This document shows, in pieces, positions 18,629 through 27,800 of a DNA stretch of 64,000 nt. Within the stretch, counting starts at the first letter, position 1, and every line of letters begins with the position of its first letter. Origin of the DNA: an uncultured delta proteobacterium (GTDB taxonomy: Bacteria; Desulfobacterota; Binatia; UBA9968); contig CAVSHR010000005.1 of the NCBI GenBank assembly GCA_963727625.1, forward strand, positions 800,001 to 864,000. Reading direction: 5' to 3'. The translations under genes were made by a program, and so were the position numbers. The notes beneath the pieces are model-generated. The model searched no databases, was not told the origin of the DNA, and saw only the letters and a list, made by a program, of their open reading frames with translations.

Positions 18629-20227
18629 TCACCCCAGTTTATTGACCCGCACCCGCTGCTTGGACCGCTTCTCTCCGGTTTCATAATGATCGCCCTTCAC
18701 CGCGGCTTGCGCATCGGCTTCGTCCTCATCCGACCATAAACCGAGATCATAGCCGTGCCACGGATCTTGCGGCTTGAGCTTGGGTAATTCCAAACGCTCC
18801 CATAGCTGCTTGGCGCGCTCCATGTATTCCTTTTTCGGCAACGACACCGGCGGATAAGCCCACTTGCGTGTCGCGTCCATCAGCATCGCCGAGGAGCCGG
18901 CTATTTCGTCAACGGACAATCCCTGCTCATGGCCCGGAGGAAATACCGACGGGTCCATCTGCGGCGTGCGGTTGCGAATGATCAGCACGTCGCGGTGCGG
19001 TTGCATGCGAAAAGCCATCGCCCAGAAGAGCGAATCGAGATTGCGCGGATTGATATCTTCATCGACCGCGATGACCATTTTTCCGGTGGCGGGATTGTAA
19101 CCGACCATGCTGTGCAGCGCCTGCCAAACATGAGCCTGGTTGATCTTTTTCATCTTGATCACACAGATCTGGCGCACGGCGATGCTGTGAAAGGCGACTT
19201 CGATGATGCCGGGAATATTGCACTGATCGCGCAGGAAGCGCAGATAGTTTCCTTCGGCCGCCACCTGGCGCATGACGCTCGACTCGCTCGGCGGCATCTG
19301 GCTGATGATCGTCGCCAAGATCGGATTCTTACGGTGCGTCACGCATTTCACTTCAAAGTAGGGATTCAAAAGTTTTTCCGCGATATAGCCGGTGGATTCG
19401 CCGAAGGGTGCTTCGGGTTCGAGAAACTCTGTGGAAATCTCGCCTTCGATGACGATCTCCGCGTTGGCCGGCACGAGAACCTCATTGGTCTTGCACTTGA
19501 CCACTTCGATAGGCTCCCCGGCCAGCCCGCCGGCGACGTCGAGCTCGCTCACGCTGAAAGGAATCCGCGCCGGCGCGGTGTAGGAAACGCAGGGCGGCGC
19601 GCCGATAACTAGCGCAGCTTGCAGCGGAATGCCACGCTCCTGACACTTGCGCCAGTGATAACCGCCGTGATTGCTCGAGCTCAAAAACACGCCGGTGCGC
19701 GTGGGGCTCTTGATATGGCCGCGGTAGTTGCCGATGTTTATATTGCCGGTCTCCGGATCGCGCGTAAACCAGTGCGACGCCGTAGTGAACGGCGCGCAGT
19801 CATAACCCGGCGTGGAGATCGGCACCGGGAATTCTCCGAGCCCGCCCTTTTCCAAAAGCGCTGCGCCCAAGTGGACCTCTTCGTGCACCGGCGCGTTCTG
19901 AACAATTCTTGGCGGAATTGGATTGCTCTGTGCTTTATTCCAGCGCTCGACGATTTCCTCCGGCTGGCATTGCAAGCCGAAGCCGTAAATCTGCCGCGAC
20001 GCGGCGAGGGTGCCGACGACGACCGGAATGTCGTACTTGCGCCCCTTGGCATCGATGACGTTGGTAAACATGAACGCACGCCGCTCTTCTTCCGAAAGCC
20101 CGCGAAACTGCCAGCGCACCAGCGGCATCAACTCCGTGTCTTTGTTGATCTGCTCGTCGATTTTGACCAGCAAACCCGCCTTATCCAGCGCGGCGATATG
20201 CTCTCTCAAATCTTTGAAATAGCCCAT
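18629..20227 (-). CDS. UbiD-family decarboxylase (532 aa, extended C-terminus)
   Basis: DLREHI, NIGNYR, EAPFGESTGY, AVDEDINP and LMDATRK. Confidence 0.95.
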   Translation of the reverse strand: MGYFKDLREHIAALDKAGLLVKIDEQINKDTELMPLVRWQFRGLSEEERRAFMFTNVIDAKGRKYDIPVVVGTLAASRQIYGFGLQCQPEEIVERWNKAQSNPIPPRIVQNAPVHEEVHLGAALLEKGGLGEFPVPISTPGYDCAPFTTASHWFTRDPETGNINIGNYRGHIKSPTRTGVFLSSSNHGGYHWRKCQERGIPLQAALVIGAPPCVSYTAPARIPFSVSELDVAGGLAGEPIEVVKCKTNEVLVPANAEIVIEGEISTEFLEPEAPFGESTGYIAEKLLNPYFEVKCVTHRKNPILATIISQMPPSESSVMRQVAAEGNYLRFLRDQCNIPGIIEVAFHSIAVRQICVIKMKKINQAHVWQALHSMVGYNPATGKMVIAVDEDINPRNLDSLFWAMAFRMQPHRDVLIIRNRTPQMDPSVFPPGHEQGLSVDEIAGSSAMLMDATRKWAYPPVSLPKKEYMERAKQLWERLELPKLKPQDPWHGYDLGLWSDEDEADAQAAVKGDHYETGEKRSKQRVRVNKLG

Positions 20228-20348
20228 GCACGAATCTCCTTATGTCATTGCCTTGCTCTGTGGTATTTGATTTCAAAGATGATTGCTAGACTATGGTGTG
20301 AGCGCTCCCGTTCCAGACGTTCCAATCGTTCAAGCCATTCAAGCCCCC

Positions 20349-20367
20349 TCCCCCGCGTCGCGGGGGA
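20349..20367. repeat. GC-rich REP-like palindrome next to 9-mer tandem repeats
   Basis: tcccccgcg-t-cgcggggga, preceded by cgttccaga/cgttccaat/cgttcaagc/cattcaagc. Confidence 0.55.
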
Positions 20368-20492
20368 AGATTAGCGTTGAGGCCGCATCCATAATCTGAA
20401 AGCCCGACTGGCTTGATTACAGATCGAGTTGCGCCAACCTCGAGTTTAACGGATTCAATGTCTGACGGCTTGACCTGCTTGAACGGAAGATT

Positions 20493-22067
20493 TCAGTATC
20501 CCAGCGCGCAGCCGCCTTTGCGCGGGTCGGAGCCGCCGACGAAGGCGCCGGAGTCGGGGTGGATGAGAATCATATGCGCGCCACCGAAACTCTCTGGTTT
20601 GCCACCGACAACTTGATGTCCGCGGCGCGCCAACTCATCTTTGACCGATTGCGCAACCCCTGGTTCCAAGCCAACTTTCGTCCCGTCGATGTGATTGAAT
20701 CGTGCCGCTGAAATCGCCTGTTGCGGTGTCATGCCGTGATCGATCAAGTTCGAAATGATCTGCACCTGCACCTGCGGCTGCACATGGCCACCCTTCAAGC
20801 CCAGCGCAGCGCAGGGTTTGCCGTTTCGCATAATCATCCCAGGCGCCAGCGTGTGCACGCAGCGCTTGTGCGGGCCGATGCAGTTGGGGTGCTTTTCGTC
20901 GAGAGAAAAAAGATGCCCGCGGTTTTGTAGAATGATTGCTGTCTCAGGCTCGACGACACCGGAGCCGAAGCCCATAAAGTTGCTTTGAATGAATGAGACT
21001 AGGTTGCCTTCGGCGTCCGCGGCGGTGACATACTCGGTGTCAGTGCCGCCAGGAACGTTCGGATACTCGCCGGCGGCTTGATTCATACGAATTAGTCCGC
21101 GCAACCGCTCCGCCCGCTTGGCAGCGAACAAATCGCGCGCAGCGACTTTCATAAATTCCCGATCGGCAAGATACCGATCGCGGTCGGCAAAGGCGAGCTT
21201 CTTCGACTCGATCATCGCGTGTAGTGCGTCGGCGGAATTCGCTCCCATCGCTTTGAGCTCGAAGCCTTCGAGAATCTTGAGCATCTCCAGAGCGACAAAT
21301 CCCTGCGTAGCCGGCGGCATCTCGTAGACGTCGTAACCCTTATAACTCGCGGTGATGGGCTCGACCCAATCGGAGCGATGATCGGCGAAATCTTTGAGCG
21401 TGAATAATCCGCCAAGTTTCTCCGAACAGCGCACGAGCTTTTTGGCGATCTCGCCGTGATAGAAATAATCCGCTCCGTCCACGGCGATCCGCTCCAGCGT
21501 GCGTGCCATGCGCGGGTTGCGGAAAATCTCGCCTGCGTTCGGCGCGCGTCCGCCGATCAGATAATTCATCACCCCGCCTTCATCGGCTTTCAATCTCGCT
21601 TCCGACTCCTTCCACTGCTCAGCAGTCAGCTCAGCAACCGGAAATCCTTCGTCGGCGTGCTTGATCGCGGATTGCAAAACCACGCGCAATGACTTAGAGC
21701 CGTAGGCTTCGAGCAATTTCGCCCAGCCATGCACCGCGCCAGGAATGGTGACGGAATGAATCCCGCGCTGCGGTATTTCTTTAAATCCATTCTTGCGGGA
21801 GAAATCCAAACTCGCCGCATAGGGCGACCGCCCGCTGGCATCCAACGCTTTGATCGCTTCATCCTTAGCCGAATAGAAAAGGCAAAAGGCATCGCTGCCG
21901 ATGCCGATGGAAGACGGCTCGACGACGCCGAGCACAGCAGCAGTCGCAATCGCCGCGTCGATGGCGTTGCCGCCGTTCATGAGCGTCTGCACACCGGCGA
22001 GAGTCGCCAGCGGCTGGCTCGAAGCGACCATACCGTTTTTGGCTATGACGGAGAATGTTTCAGGCAT
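20493..22067 (-). CDS. ggt: Gamma-glutamyltransferase family protein
   Basis: GGNAIDAAIA, SVTIPGAV, candidate nucleophile in GTDTEY, GFGSG, LQNRG and DPRKGG. Confidence 0.9.
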   Translation of the reverse strand: MPETFSVIAKNGMVASSQPLATLAGVQTLMNGGNAIDAAIATAAVLGVVEPSSIGIGSDAFCLFYSAKDEAIKALDASGRSPYAASLDFSRKNGFKEIPQRGIHSVTIPGAVHGWAKLLEAYGSKSLRVVLQSAIKHADEGFPVAELTAEQWKESEARLKADEGGVMNYLIGGRAPNAGEIFRNPRMARTLERIAVDGADYFYHGEIAKKLVRCSEKLGGLFTLKDFADHRSDWVEPITASYKGYDVYEMPPATQGFVALEMLKILEGFELKAMGANSADALHAMIESKKLAFADRDRYLADREFMKVAARDLFAAKRAERLRGLIRMNQAAGEYPNVPGGTDTEYVTAADAEGNLVSFIQSNFMGFGSGVVEPETAIILQNRGHLFSLDEKHPNCIGPHKRCVHTLAPGMIMRNGKPCAALGLKGGHVQPQVQVQIISNLIDHGMTPQQAISAARFNHIDGTKVGLEPGVAQSVKDELARRGHQVVGGKPESFGGAHMILIHPDSGAFVGGSDPRKGGCALGY

Positions 22068-22181
22068 AAAGAAAGAAGGGCGCAATCCATTGCGCCCCTA
22101 ACAACTAAGTCGAATAATCCAAACTCTTTGCGTGGCTGGTGCTTCGTTGAACCTGGAACCTTGAACCCCGCGCTAAGCGCG

Positions 22182-22880
22182 CTACGCCGCCGCCGATTCT
22201 TCAATCCGCGCCATCCCGGTCGCCAGCGCGCTGCGATAGGCGCGATCGATCGCCAGGCTGTCCGATGCCGCGCGAATGACCGCCTGCGCGACGCGCTCCT
22301 CGGTGACGTAGCGGTCGTAAACCGGCTCGAACATATCCGAGTGATCCTCGTCGGCGACCATGTGCACTTTGGTGTTGATATCGAGGCCCTCGATCGTGCC
22401 TCCCTGGTCGGCCACACGCTTGTGCGCAAAACGCGCCGTGAAGCCGCCGCCCTTGACGATCGCCGGGTTGTTTTTCCTTTCGGTGATGTGGTTCACCGTC
22501 AGGGCTTCGATCCAAGGCCGTGTCGTCGACAAATACATCCACGCCATGATCGCGGCACGCACGCCGGGAAGCAAGCTCGCTTCCGCCGCCGCCTCGGCCA
22601 TCTGCTGATCGGTCAAATGCGCCGAGCCCATGCGTTTGTCGAAGATCAACTCGTCTTTCTCATGTTCCCAAATCGCCCGCTTGACGTCGAGAGGAGATTT
22701 GACCGCCGCCGCGCCCCAGCAGTCACGCCGGCTCTTGATATAGTGGGGATAGTGCTGGTCCCAAATCTTCTGCCGCGCCGGCGTCAGCTTTACGGCGAAA
22801 AACTGCTTGTATTCCGGCGTTTCAAAGTGCCGGTTAACCATTTCATTCAGGACTTCCCTAGTTTTCGGCCATAGACTCAT
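22182..22880 (-). CDS. Heme-oxygenase-like putative diiron protein, copy 3 (subfamily B, divergent)
   Basis: YIKSRRDCW, WEHEKDE...AH, TE and HMVADEDH. AGGAGG RBS. Confidence 0.75.
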   Translation of the reverse strand: MSLWPKTREVLNEMVNRHFETPEYKQFFAVKLTPARQKIWDQHYPHYIKSRRDCWGAAAVKSPLDVKRAIWEHEKDELIFDKRMGSAHLTDQQMAEAAAEASLLPGVRAAIMAWMYLSTTRPWIEALTVNHITERKNNPAIVKGGGFTARFAHKRVADQGGTIEGLDINTKVHMVADEDHSDMFEPVYDRYVTEERVAQAVIRAASDSLAIDRAYRSALATGMARIEESAAA

Positions 22881-22968
22881 AAAAAACCCTCCTAAAATAA
22901 TCCCTCTCGGTTGCCTAACCTAAATCCAAATAATTTCCCATCACTGCGTTACTCCAACGCTCCAATCG

Positions 22969-23679
22969 TTATGCCGGCAGCTTCTCTTGCGCCTCTGCGA
23001 TGCCCTTTCGGAACAATGCGTTCAAGTCGAGCGACTCTCTAGCGGCTTGCACGGCGGCCGCCTCTTTCTCGCCCTTCGCATGCTCCTCCAAAAAGGGTAA
23101 AAACATATCACTGTGTTTTTCGTCGGCTTGGCTGTGGGCCTGCAAATTGGGAATCTGTTTCCAGGTAAAGCCCATCTCATCCATCCACTTTTTGGCCATG
23201 CGGGTCGACTGACCGCCGCCCAGGTCGCCGAGCAGGCGATCATCGTTGCACCATTCGGTAATCGTCATGGCGGCCAGAGATTCCGTCCAACTCTTTGCGT
23301 GCGTGATCCAGCCCCATGCATACAGCACCGCCATCGTCGTCGGCAGCGGCGCGGAATTTAAGATCTCTTCGGCGCTGAGGCCCACCGATTGGCCTTGTCG
23401 GATGATCAGGTGGAGGTGTCCATAGGCCGAAAAATCGTCCTTGATAATTTCCTCGTACTCGTGTTCGAGGATTCTTTGCTTCACCGCCATCACCGGGCAG
23501 TTCGCCGACACGTTCGACCAGCAATCACGACGATGGCGAACGTAATGGCTCTGCTGGGCCACCATAATCGCCGCCCTGGGCTTGCTCATCTTGATGGAAA
23601 AATAGTGATCCAACTCCGGCGACCGAATGTAGTCCCGAACCATTTCGCCCAGACAGGCTCGCCACTGCTTCTCGGTCAT
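22969..23679 (-). CDS. Heme-oxygenase-like putative diiron protein, copy 4 (subfamily B)
   Basis: YVRHRRDCW, NCP, LEHEYEE...GH, TEWCNDD and HSQADEKH. ATGA overlap with the upstream binding-protein gene. Confidence 0.75.
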   Translation of the reverse strand: MTEKQWRACLGEMVRDYIRSPELDHYFSIKMSKPRAAIMVAQQSHYVRHRRDCWSNVSANCPVMAVKQRILEHEYEEIIKDDFSAYGHLHLIIRQGQSVGLSAEEILNSAPLPTTMAVLYAWGWITHAKSWTESLAAMTITEWCNDDRLLGDLGGGQSTRMAKKWMDEMGFTWKQIPNLQAHSQADEKHSDMFLPFLEEHAKGEKEAAAVQAARESLDLNALFRKGIAEAQEKLPA

Positions 23680-24647
23680 GGCTTTGTCCCTTTGTACAAG
23701 CGCTCGACGAAACCTTCCCGAACGAGCCGATCAACGATGCTATTGTCGAAAATCTTTGCCTTCGACGCCCCCTCCTGGCCGACCATTTCCAACACGGTAT
23801 CGACCGCGGCCGGATCGACGCGCGGAATCGAATCGAGATACTTCGTCACGAATTTATAATGGGTTTCCGCGCTGCCGCCGCGTTGTCCCATGTACTTGGC
23901 GAGGATCTTGAGCGCCTGCGGTTTTCGAGTCTTCAGCGCCGCGATGCCTTCGATGTAGGCCTTGAGAATTCCCTCCACCGATTTCGGCGATCGACGGTAG
24001 TAACCGGTGCTGACGGCCAGCAAGTTCATTGAAAAAGGAATGCCGAGCTCCGCCGCGTCGACCAACATTTTGGCCTTTGGCCCCGGCGACTGGGAGGAAA
24101 CCCGACCCTCCGCCTGTCCGGCGCGGAAGCCGACGTCGGCTTCCACCACCCCGCCGAATTGGCGCAGCTCGGTCTTGCCTTCAAGGTTAAGCTTGCGCAA
24201 AATCAGCTTGGTAACGAATTCGCTGGTCGATCCGAACCGGGTAATGGCCAGCGTTTTTCCTTGGAGCTGTTCGGGCCGTTGAATCTGCGGTTGAACCCAC
24301 AACTGCATTCCCGGCCGGCTGGTATTGCTGCCAACGGCGATAATCGGCGCGCCCTTCACTGCCGCCGCAACGACGGCGTTGCTTGCGCCCAAGGCCACCT
24401 GGACGCTGCCGCCCACAAGCGCCTGGATCGCCACCGATCCTGAGTTAATGTAAACGAGATCGACATTGAGGCCCTGGCGATCAAATGCGCCCATCTCCTT
24501 GGCCATCCAGACTCCGGCCATCGACGGGCTGACCGCGGCATAGGCGAAAGAAATTTTTTCTTTGCCGCTCTCGCCGGCGAAAAGGAGCCGGGGGCTCAGA
24601 CAGAGGAGCAGAAGCACAAACCCAACAAGCCAATGTACTTTTCTCAT
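23676..24647 (-). CDS. ABC substrate-binding protein (NMT1/SsuA-like)
   Basis: Signal peptide MRKVHWLVGFVLLLL, then QGLNVDLVY, LQGKTLAITRFGS and EGFVERLY. Confidence 0.88.
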   Translation of the reverse strand: MRKVHWLVGFVLLLLCLSPRLLFAGESGKEKISFAYAAVSPSMAGVWMAKEMGAFDRQGLNVDLVYINSGSVAIQALVGGSVQVALGASNAVVAAAVKGAPIIAVGSNTSRPGMQLWVQPQIQRPEQLQGKTLAITRFGSTSEFVTKLILRKLNLEGKTELRQFGGVVEADVGFRAGQAEGRVSSQSPGPKAKMLVDAAELGIPFSMNLLAVSTGYYRRSPKSVEGILKAYIEGIAALKTRKPQALKILAKYMGQRGGSAETHYKFVTKYLDSIPRVDPAAVDTVLEMVGQEGASKAKIFDNSIVDRLVREGFVERLYKGTKP

Positions 24648-24739
24648 TCTTTTTTCACCATGAATCATCCAGTGATTCGTTAAATCCAATTGGATCGATA
24701 CTCGACACGAGCGCAATCGCACCATCGAATCCGACGATT

Positions 24740-25447
24740 TCAAGGCAACGCCTCCATGACCTCGGCGAGTCCCTGGTGATAGATACGGTAAAGCTCTTCC
24801 GATTCCCTGGCGGCTTGCAGAATCAACGACTCGTTCTCCCCGACGCCATACTCCTCCCAAATCGGCAGGAACATGTCCACGTGGCCTTTGTCGGCCTCGC
24901 GATGCGCCCGCCAATTCGGCAGATCGTCCCACGTCAACCCCAACGCCTCGACCCAACGCTGGCCCATTCGATAGGAATGCCCGCCGCCCAGATCCGCCAG
25001 CAGGCGGTCATCCTGATTCCACTCCGTCGCGCTCATCGCGGCCAATCCTTCGAACCAGCTTTTTTTCTTGGTCATCCATCCCCAGGCGTACAGGGCCGCG
25101 GTGGTCGTGATGATCGGCTTGGTCTCTAAAATATCCCGCGCGCTCAGCCCGATCGGCTTTCCCTGTCGGATGATCAGATCAAGATGGCCGTGCTCCGAGT
25201 GGGCATCGCGGATCATCTCCTCGTACTCGTGCTCGAGGATCCGCTGTTTGACCGCGAGCACCGGACAGTTTCCCGAAACGTAAGCCCAGCAATCCCTGCG
25301 ATGACGGACGTAAAGCGAAAGCTGCTGTAGAATGAGTTTTGCTTTGGCCTTCGTGATCGGCACGGAGAAATACTGCTCAAGCTCGGGCGACGCCATCGTC
25401 TGCCGGGCCAGGTTGCCAAAGGCCTTCCTCCAACCCTTCTGATCCAC
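24740..25447 (-). CDS. Heme-oxygenase-like putative diiron protein, copy 5 (subfamily B)
   Basis: GGAGG then GTG at 25447. Motifs YVRHRRDCW, GNCP, LEHEYEE...GH, TEWNQDD and HREADKGH. Confidence 0.75.
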   Translation of the reverse strand: MDQKGWRKAFGNLARQTMASPELEQYFSVPITKAKAKLILQQLSLYVRHRRDCWAYVSGNCPVLAVKQRILEHEYEEMIRDAHSEHGHLDLIIRQGKPIGLSARDILETKPIITTTAALYAWGWMTKKKSWFEGLAAMSATEWNQDDRLLADLGGGHSYRMGQRWVEALGLTWDDLPNWRAHREADKGHVDMFLPIWEEYGVGENESLILQAARESEELYRIYHQGLAEVMEALP

Positions 25448-25594
25448 GATCGAACCTCCGACGACTAATTCAAAATTCAAGTTCGGGGGTTAGGTTTAAC
25501 CCAGCGAGCAGGCCGTAAACCATGGACTCCGCGTGACGGGTCATCCGACGCTTGGGCTTGAAATCTACTCGACTCCCGGAACTCGCAACTGATT

Positions 25595-25933
25595 TTATAT
25601 CGGCCAGCCGTGCTCGGAGACATCGACCCGGTTACCTTCGATGTCTTTGATCCAGCTTTCGGCGATCGCCCCATAGGTGTTGTCCTCGGCTTTGGTGTCG
25701 GCCACTGTCTCGATCTCTTTGACGCTACCGACCTTGAAACCGAAGTGATGAATGCCCCAGGGATATTTCTCGCTATGAATCAGCGCAAGATCCATATGGC
25801 CGTCGGACAAATAAATCGTCCCACCCGGCCGCCGATGCTTCTCTTCCATGCCGAATACTTTTTTGTAGTACTCCGCGGTTTTGTCGAGATCCTCGACGTT
25901 GATCGCGATATGCCTAATTCTCGGTTTTTCCAT
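25595..25933 (-). CDS. VOC/glyoxalase family protein
   Basis: IRHIAINVEDL, GIHHFGFKV and DIEGNRVDVSE. GAGGAGG RBS. Confidence 0.88.
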   Translation of the reverse strand: MEKPRIRHIAINVEDLDKTAEYYKKVFGMEEKHRRPGGTIYLSDGHMDLALIHSEKYPWGIHHFGFKVGSVKEIETVADTKAEDNTYGAIAESWIKDIEGNRVDVSEHGWPI

Positions 25934-26057
25934 AACGTCCTCCTCGTTCCGATAGTGAACACCTGATAATGTTTTTCTAAAGGCAATCAACAAGACACAA
26001 TTCGCGCCTCAGTGCCCACGATTCTTAAATTTTCAATCCTCCGTTTTCCATTCTCAA

Positions 26058-26771
26058 TTAATTCAGCGGTATCTGCTCCATCGCTTTGGCCACCCCGTGT
26101 CGGTAGAGCGCGAACAAATTCAGCGACTCCTGCACGGCGTCGAGCACGCGTTGCTGTTTCTCGCCGACGGTATGCTCCGACAAGAACGGCAAAAACATAT
26201 CGCTATGCTCCTCGTCGGCCTGCCGGTGAACGTCGAAGTTCGGCATGTCCCGCCACTTGAGTCCCAAGTCTTCCGTCCAGCGCCGGCCCAAGCGAGTCGA
26301 ATGGCCGCCGCCGAGATCCGTCAACAGACGATCGTCGTTGGTCCATTCCGTGACCGTCAGGGAGCCGAGCCCCTCGAGCCAACTCTTTTCGCGCGTCGCC
26401 CAATCCCAGGCATAGAGCGTGGCTCGGGTCGTCGGCAGCGGATCGACGCTCAAGACCTCTTCGGCCGTCATGCCCACTTTCTCCGCTTGACGCACGATCA
26501 ACTGCAGATGGCCGTATTGAGAATATTGATCTTTGATGACCTCGCCGTACTCGTGTTCGAGAATTTTCTGCTTGATGGCCATCATCGGGCAGTTGCCGGA
26601 CACATGCGCCCAGCAGTCGCGCCGGTGGCGGATGAAGAGCCCCAACTGTGAAATCATAATCTGCGCCCGGCGCCGGTTCATTCTGACGGAAAAATAGTGC
26701 TCCAGCTGAGGCGAGCGCATATGGTCGCGCACCATTTCCCCAATCACTTTCTTCCATTCTGCAACTTTCAT
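26058..26771 (-). CDS. Heme-oxygenase-like putative diiron protein, copy 6 (subfamily B)
   Basis: FIRHRRDCW, GNCP, LEHEYGE...GH, TEWTNDD and HRQADEEH. Confidence 0.75.
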   Translation of the reverse strand: MKVAEWKKVIGEMVRDHMRSPQLEHYFSVRMNRRRAQIMISQLGLFIRHRRDCWAHVSGNCPMMAIKQKILEHEYGEVIKDQYSQYGHLQLIVRQAEKVGMTAEEVLSVDPLPTTRATLYAWDWATREKSWLEGLGSLTVTEWTNDDRLLTDLGGGHSTRLGRRWTEDLGLKWRDMPNFDVHRQADEEHSDMFLPFLSEHTVGEKQQRVLDAVQESLNLFALYRHGVAKAMEQIPLN

Positions 26772-27018
26772 GGAATTCTCCCGCTTCCGAGACAGCTGAT
26801 TTGCAGTTTACGTCCCAATACGCCCGAAACGTTATCGGATGTCAAATCCGCGCAAACCCATTGCCTATGGCAAATTGACAACCCGGCACAATACTTCTAG
26901 TTCGTCTTTCCGTAAAGAGTGATCCCCGGCAAAACCATAGGCGATGATAAATTTAGTTGTCAGCAGGGGCTCGGCCAACGAGCAAAATTTCCGTTCGAAG
27001 CTAAAACATGATCATCGT

Positions 27019-27753
27019 TCATAGGACCGGTCCGATCAGCTCTCGCCCCAGAAACTCGGTCACCAGCGGCCAGACGAGATCGGCAAGATAGGGCTGATAG
27101 CCGTCCGACTCGGTGGATGCGAAGCCGTGATAGCCGAAGTGAAAGTAGTGCCATTCGAGCGGCTGACCGTTGGCGTGAAAACTTTCCATCACCCGCTGCT
27201 GCACCGGAAAAGTGCTGTGTTGATCGTGACCGCCGTAAAGAATCATCGACGGGCATTGGATTTCGCGTGCGGCGTCGCAGGGATGGCGCGGGCGAATCTT
27301 GTTCGGCTGCTCGTCGCGCACGGAAGGATAATAGGCGACGAAGGCGCGCGCGGCCGGCGTCGCCGCAACGAAGTGAATGCCCAACCGACCGCCCATGCAG
27401 TACCCCACCACGCCGACGCGTGCGCCGTCGACGCCACCGCGCGAAAGGCAATAGCGCCAGCCCTGGTCGATCACGCGCACGAAGTCCGGGTCGGGGGTCT
27501 TGTTCTGGATCTCCGTGCCCTTGTCGATGTGGGTTTCCGCCGGATAACCCAGCATGTGGTACAGATTCGGGATCACGGTCGTGTAGCCGAGCTGGGCGAA
27601 TTTGTAAGCGGCGGTTTTCAAATATCCGGTCAGACCGGAATGCTGATGAATCAGCAAGAGACCGGGCCCTTTCTCTTCACGCTCCGGGTAGGCGATGTAG
27701 CCCTGGATGCCGTCCTCGGTTTCCTTTAAACCGCGTGTCACGACCCTGGCCAT
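27019..27753 (-). CDS. Dienelactone hydrolase family protein
   Basis: GYCMGG, YGGHD and YHGF. GAGGA RBS. Confidence 0.9.
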   Translation of the reverse strand: MARVVTRGLKETEDGIQGYIAYPEREEKGPGLLLIHQHSGLTGYLKTAAYKFAQLGYTTVIPNLYHMLGYPAETHIDKGTEIQNKTPDPDFVRVIDQGWRYCLSRGGVDGARVGVVGYCMGGRLGIHFVAATPAARAFVAYYPSVRDEQPNKIRPRHPCDAAREIQCPSMILYGGHDQHSTFPVQQRVMESFHANGQPLEWHYFHFGYHGFASTESDGYQPYLADLVWPLVTEFLGRELIGPVL

Positions 27754-27800
27754 GAATTCTTTCCTCCTCGTTTCAACATATGAAACCGCCGCAACCGCGA

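Noticed and set aside
23676-24956. 426-aa version of the binding protein
   Set aside because: The extension overlaps the neighbouring gene. The signal peptide starts at 24647.
6127-26771. PQQ biosynthesis or thiamine salvage (pqqC/tenA) assignment for the six paralogs
   Set aside because: No pqqA/B/D/E or thi genes are present, the PqqC signature is not evident, and the HxxAD..H ligand set fits diiron members better. No RiPP precursor peptide was seen.
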